Positions 57,035 through 57,611 of a stretch of DNA of 57,611 bases are shown piece after piece. Both the position numbers and the translations under genes were made by a program. The DNA comes from Octopus sinensis (Eukaryota), in the NCBI RefSeq assembly GCF_006345805.1, contig NW_021833713.1:1-57611 (forward strand), in the 5' to 3' direction. Each line of letters opens with the position of its first letter. The first letter of the stretch is position 1. The notes under the pieces are model-generated. The model had not been told where the DNA came from, did no database searches, and saw only the letters and a program-made list of their open reading frames with translations.

Positions 57035-57611
57035 TATATCATCATCATCATAATAACATCTGTTTTCCATGCTGGCATATGTTGGAAAGTTTGACAGGAA
57101 CTGACAAGGCTAGAAGCCACAACAATGTTCATTGTCTGTTTTGGTATAGTTTCTGCAGCTTGATGGCTTTTCTGATGCCAACCACTTTACAGATTGTATT
57201 GGTGATTTTATGTGGCACCAGCACCAGTGCTTTTTACATGGCAACAGCATTAACAGGGTCAACAAGTACCTTGCAACACAAAATACCCTACCAACTGGGA
57301 GAGTGTAGCTTTGTAGCAGTTGTGAGATTTAAAGTACAGAGGGGACAGATATAGGTGTATTACTGTTGTAGGAATTACATGGATATGCCATGTCTTGCTG
57401 CAGAGGAGTTACATGGATATACATACATCATCATCATCGTTTAACATCCAATTTCCATGCTAGCGTGGGTCGGAGGGTTCAACTGGGGTCTGGGAAGCCA
57501 GGAGGCTGCATATGGCAGTGTTTCTACAGCTGGATGCCCTTCCTAACGCCAACCACTCAGTGAGTGTAGTGGGTGCTTTTTACATGCCACTGGCATAGAG
57601 ACCAGGGGAGG
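57035..57611 (-). mobile_element. Two RTE 3'-tail copies (about 57035-57300 and 57425 to the window end)
   Basis: catcatcat tails followed by the reverse complement of the shared terminus. Confidence 0.8.

Overview
AT-rich eukaryotic genomic DNA, almost entirely transposon-derived. The repeat families and microsatellite load look like a coleoid cephalopod such as Octopus; this is inference from pattern recognition, not a database search. No prokaryotic genes, rRNA, true tRNA genes or CRISPR arrays were seen. The window is dominated by about 12 decayed copies of one RTE-clade LINE family, plus many short 3' tails. This family has a C4HC3 (PHD-like) finger inside its RT region and a modular 3' UTR ending in (GAT)n. 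Also present are BovB-type RTE fragments, a young 5'-truncated CR1-group LINE with an uninterrupted RT frame, Tx1/L1-like fragments, four Tc1/mariner relics, a MITE, several tRNA-derived SINEs and non-autonomous Helitron-like elements (TC...hairpin-CTAG, inserted in TA microsatellites). A host gene appears to run on the minus strand. It has a clear 306-bp phase-1/phase-1 Ig-domain exon (28873-29178) and candidate downstream exons of 111 bp and 30 bp. The most interesting observations are: (1) a Helitron-like family carrying a captured LINE ORF1-like fragment with a shared premature stop; (2) a tRNA-headed SINE-like element ending in a hammerhead-ribozyme-like motif; (3) the PHD finger within the RTE RT; (4) two fold-back palindromes seeded at RTE sequences; (5) a 6.4-kb Helitron-bounded block splitting a BovB-like RT, with an internal CTAG-TC head-to-tail junction; and (6) near-identical local duplications that may be real or haplotype artefacts. 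All coordinates were read by eye, and TE boundaries are approximate.
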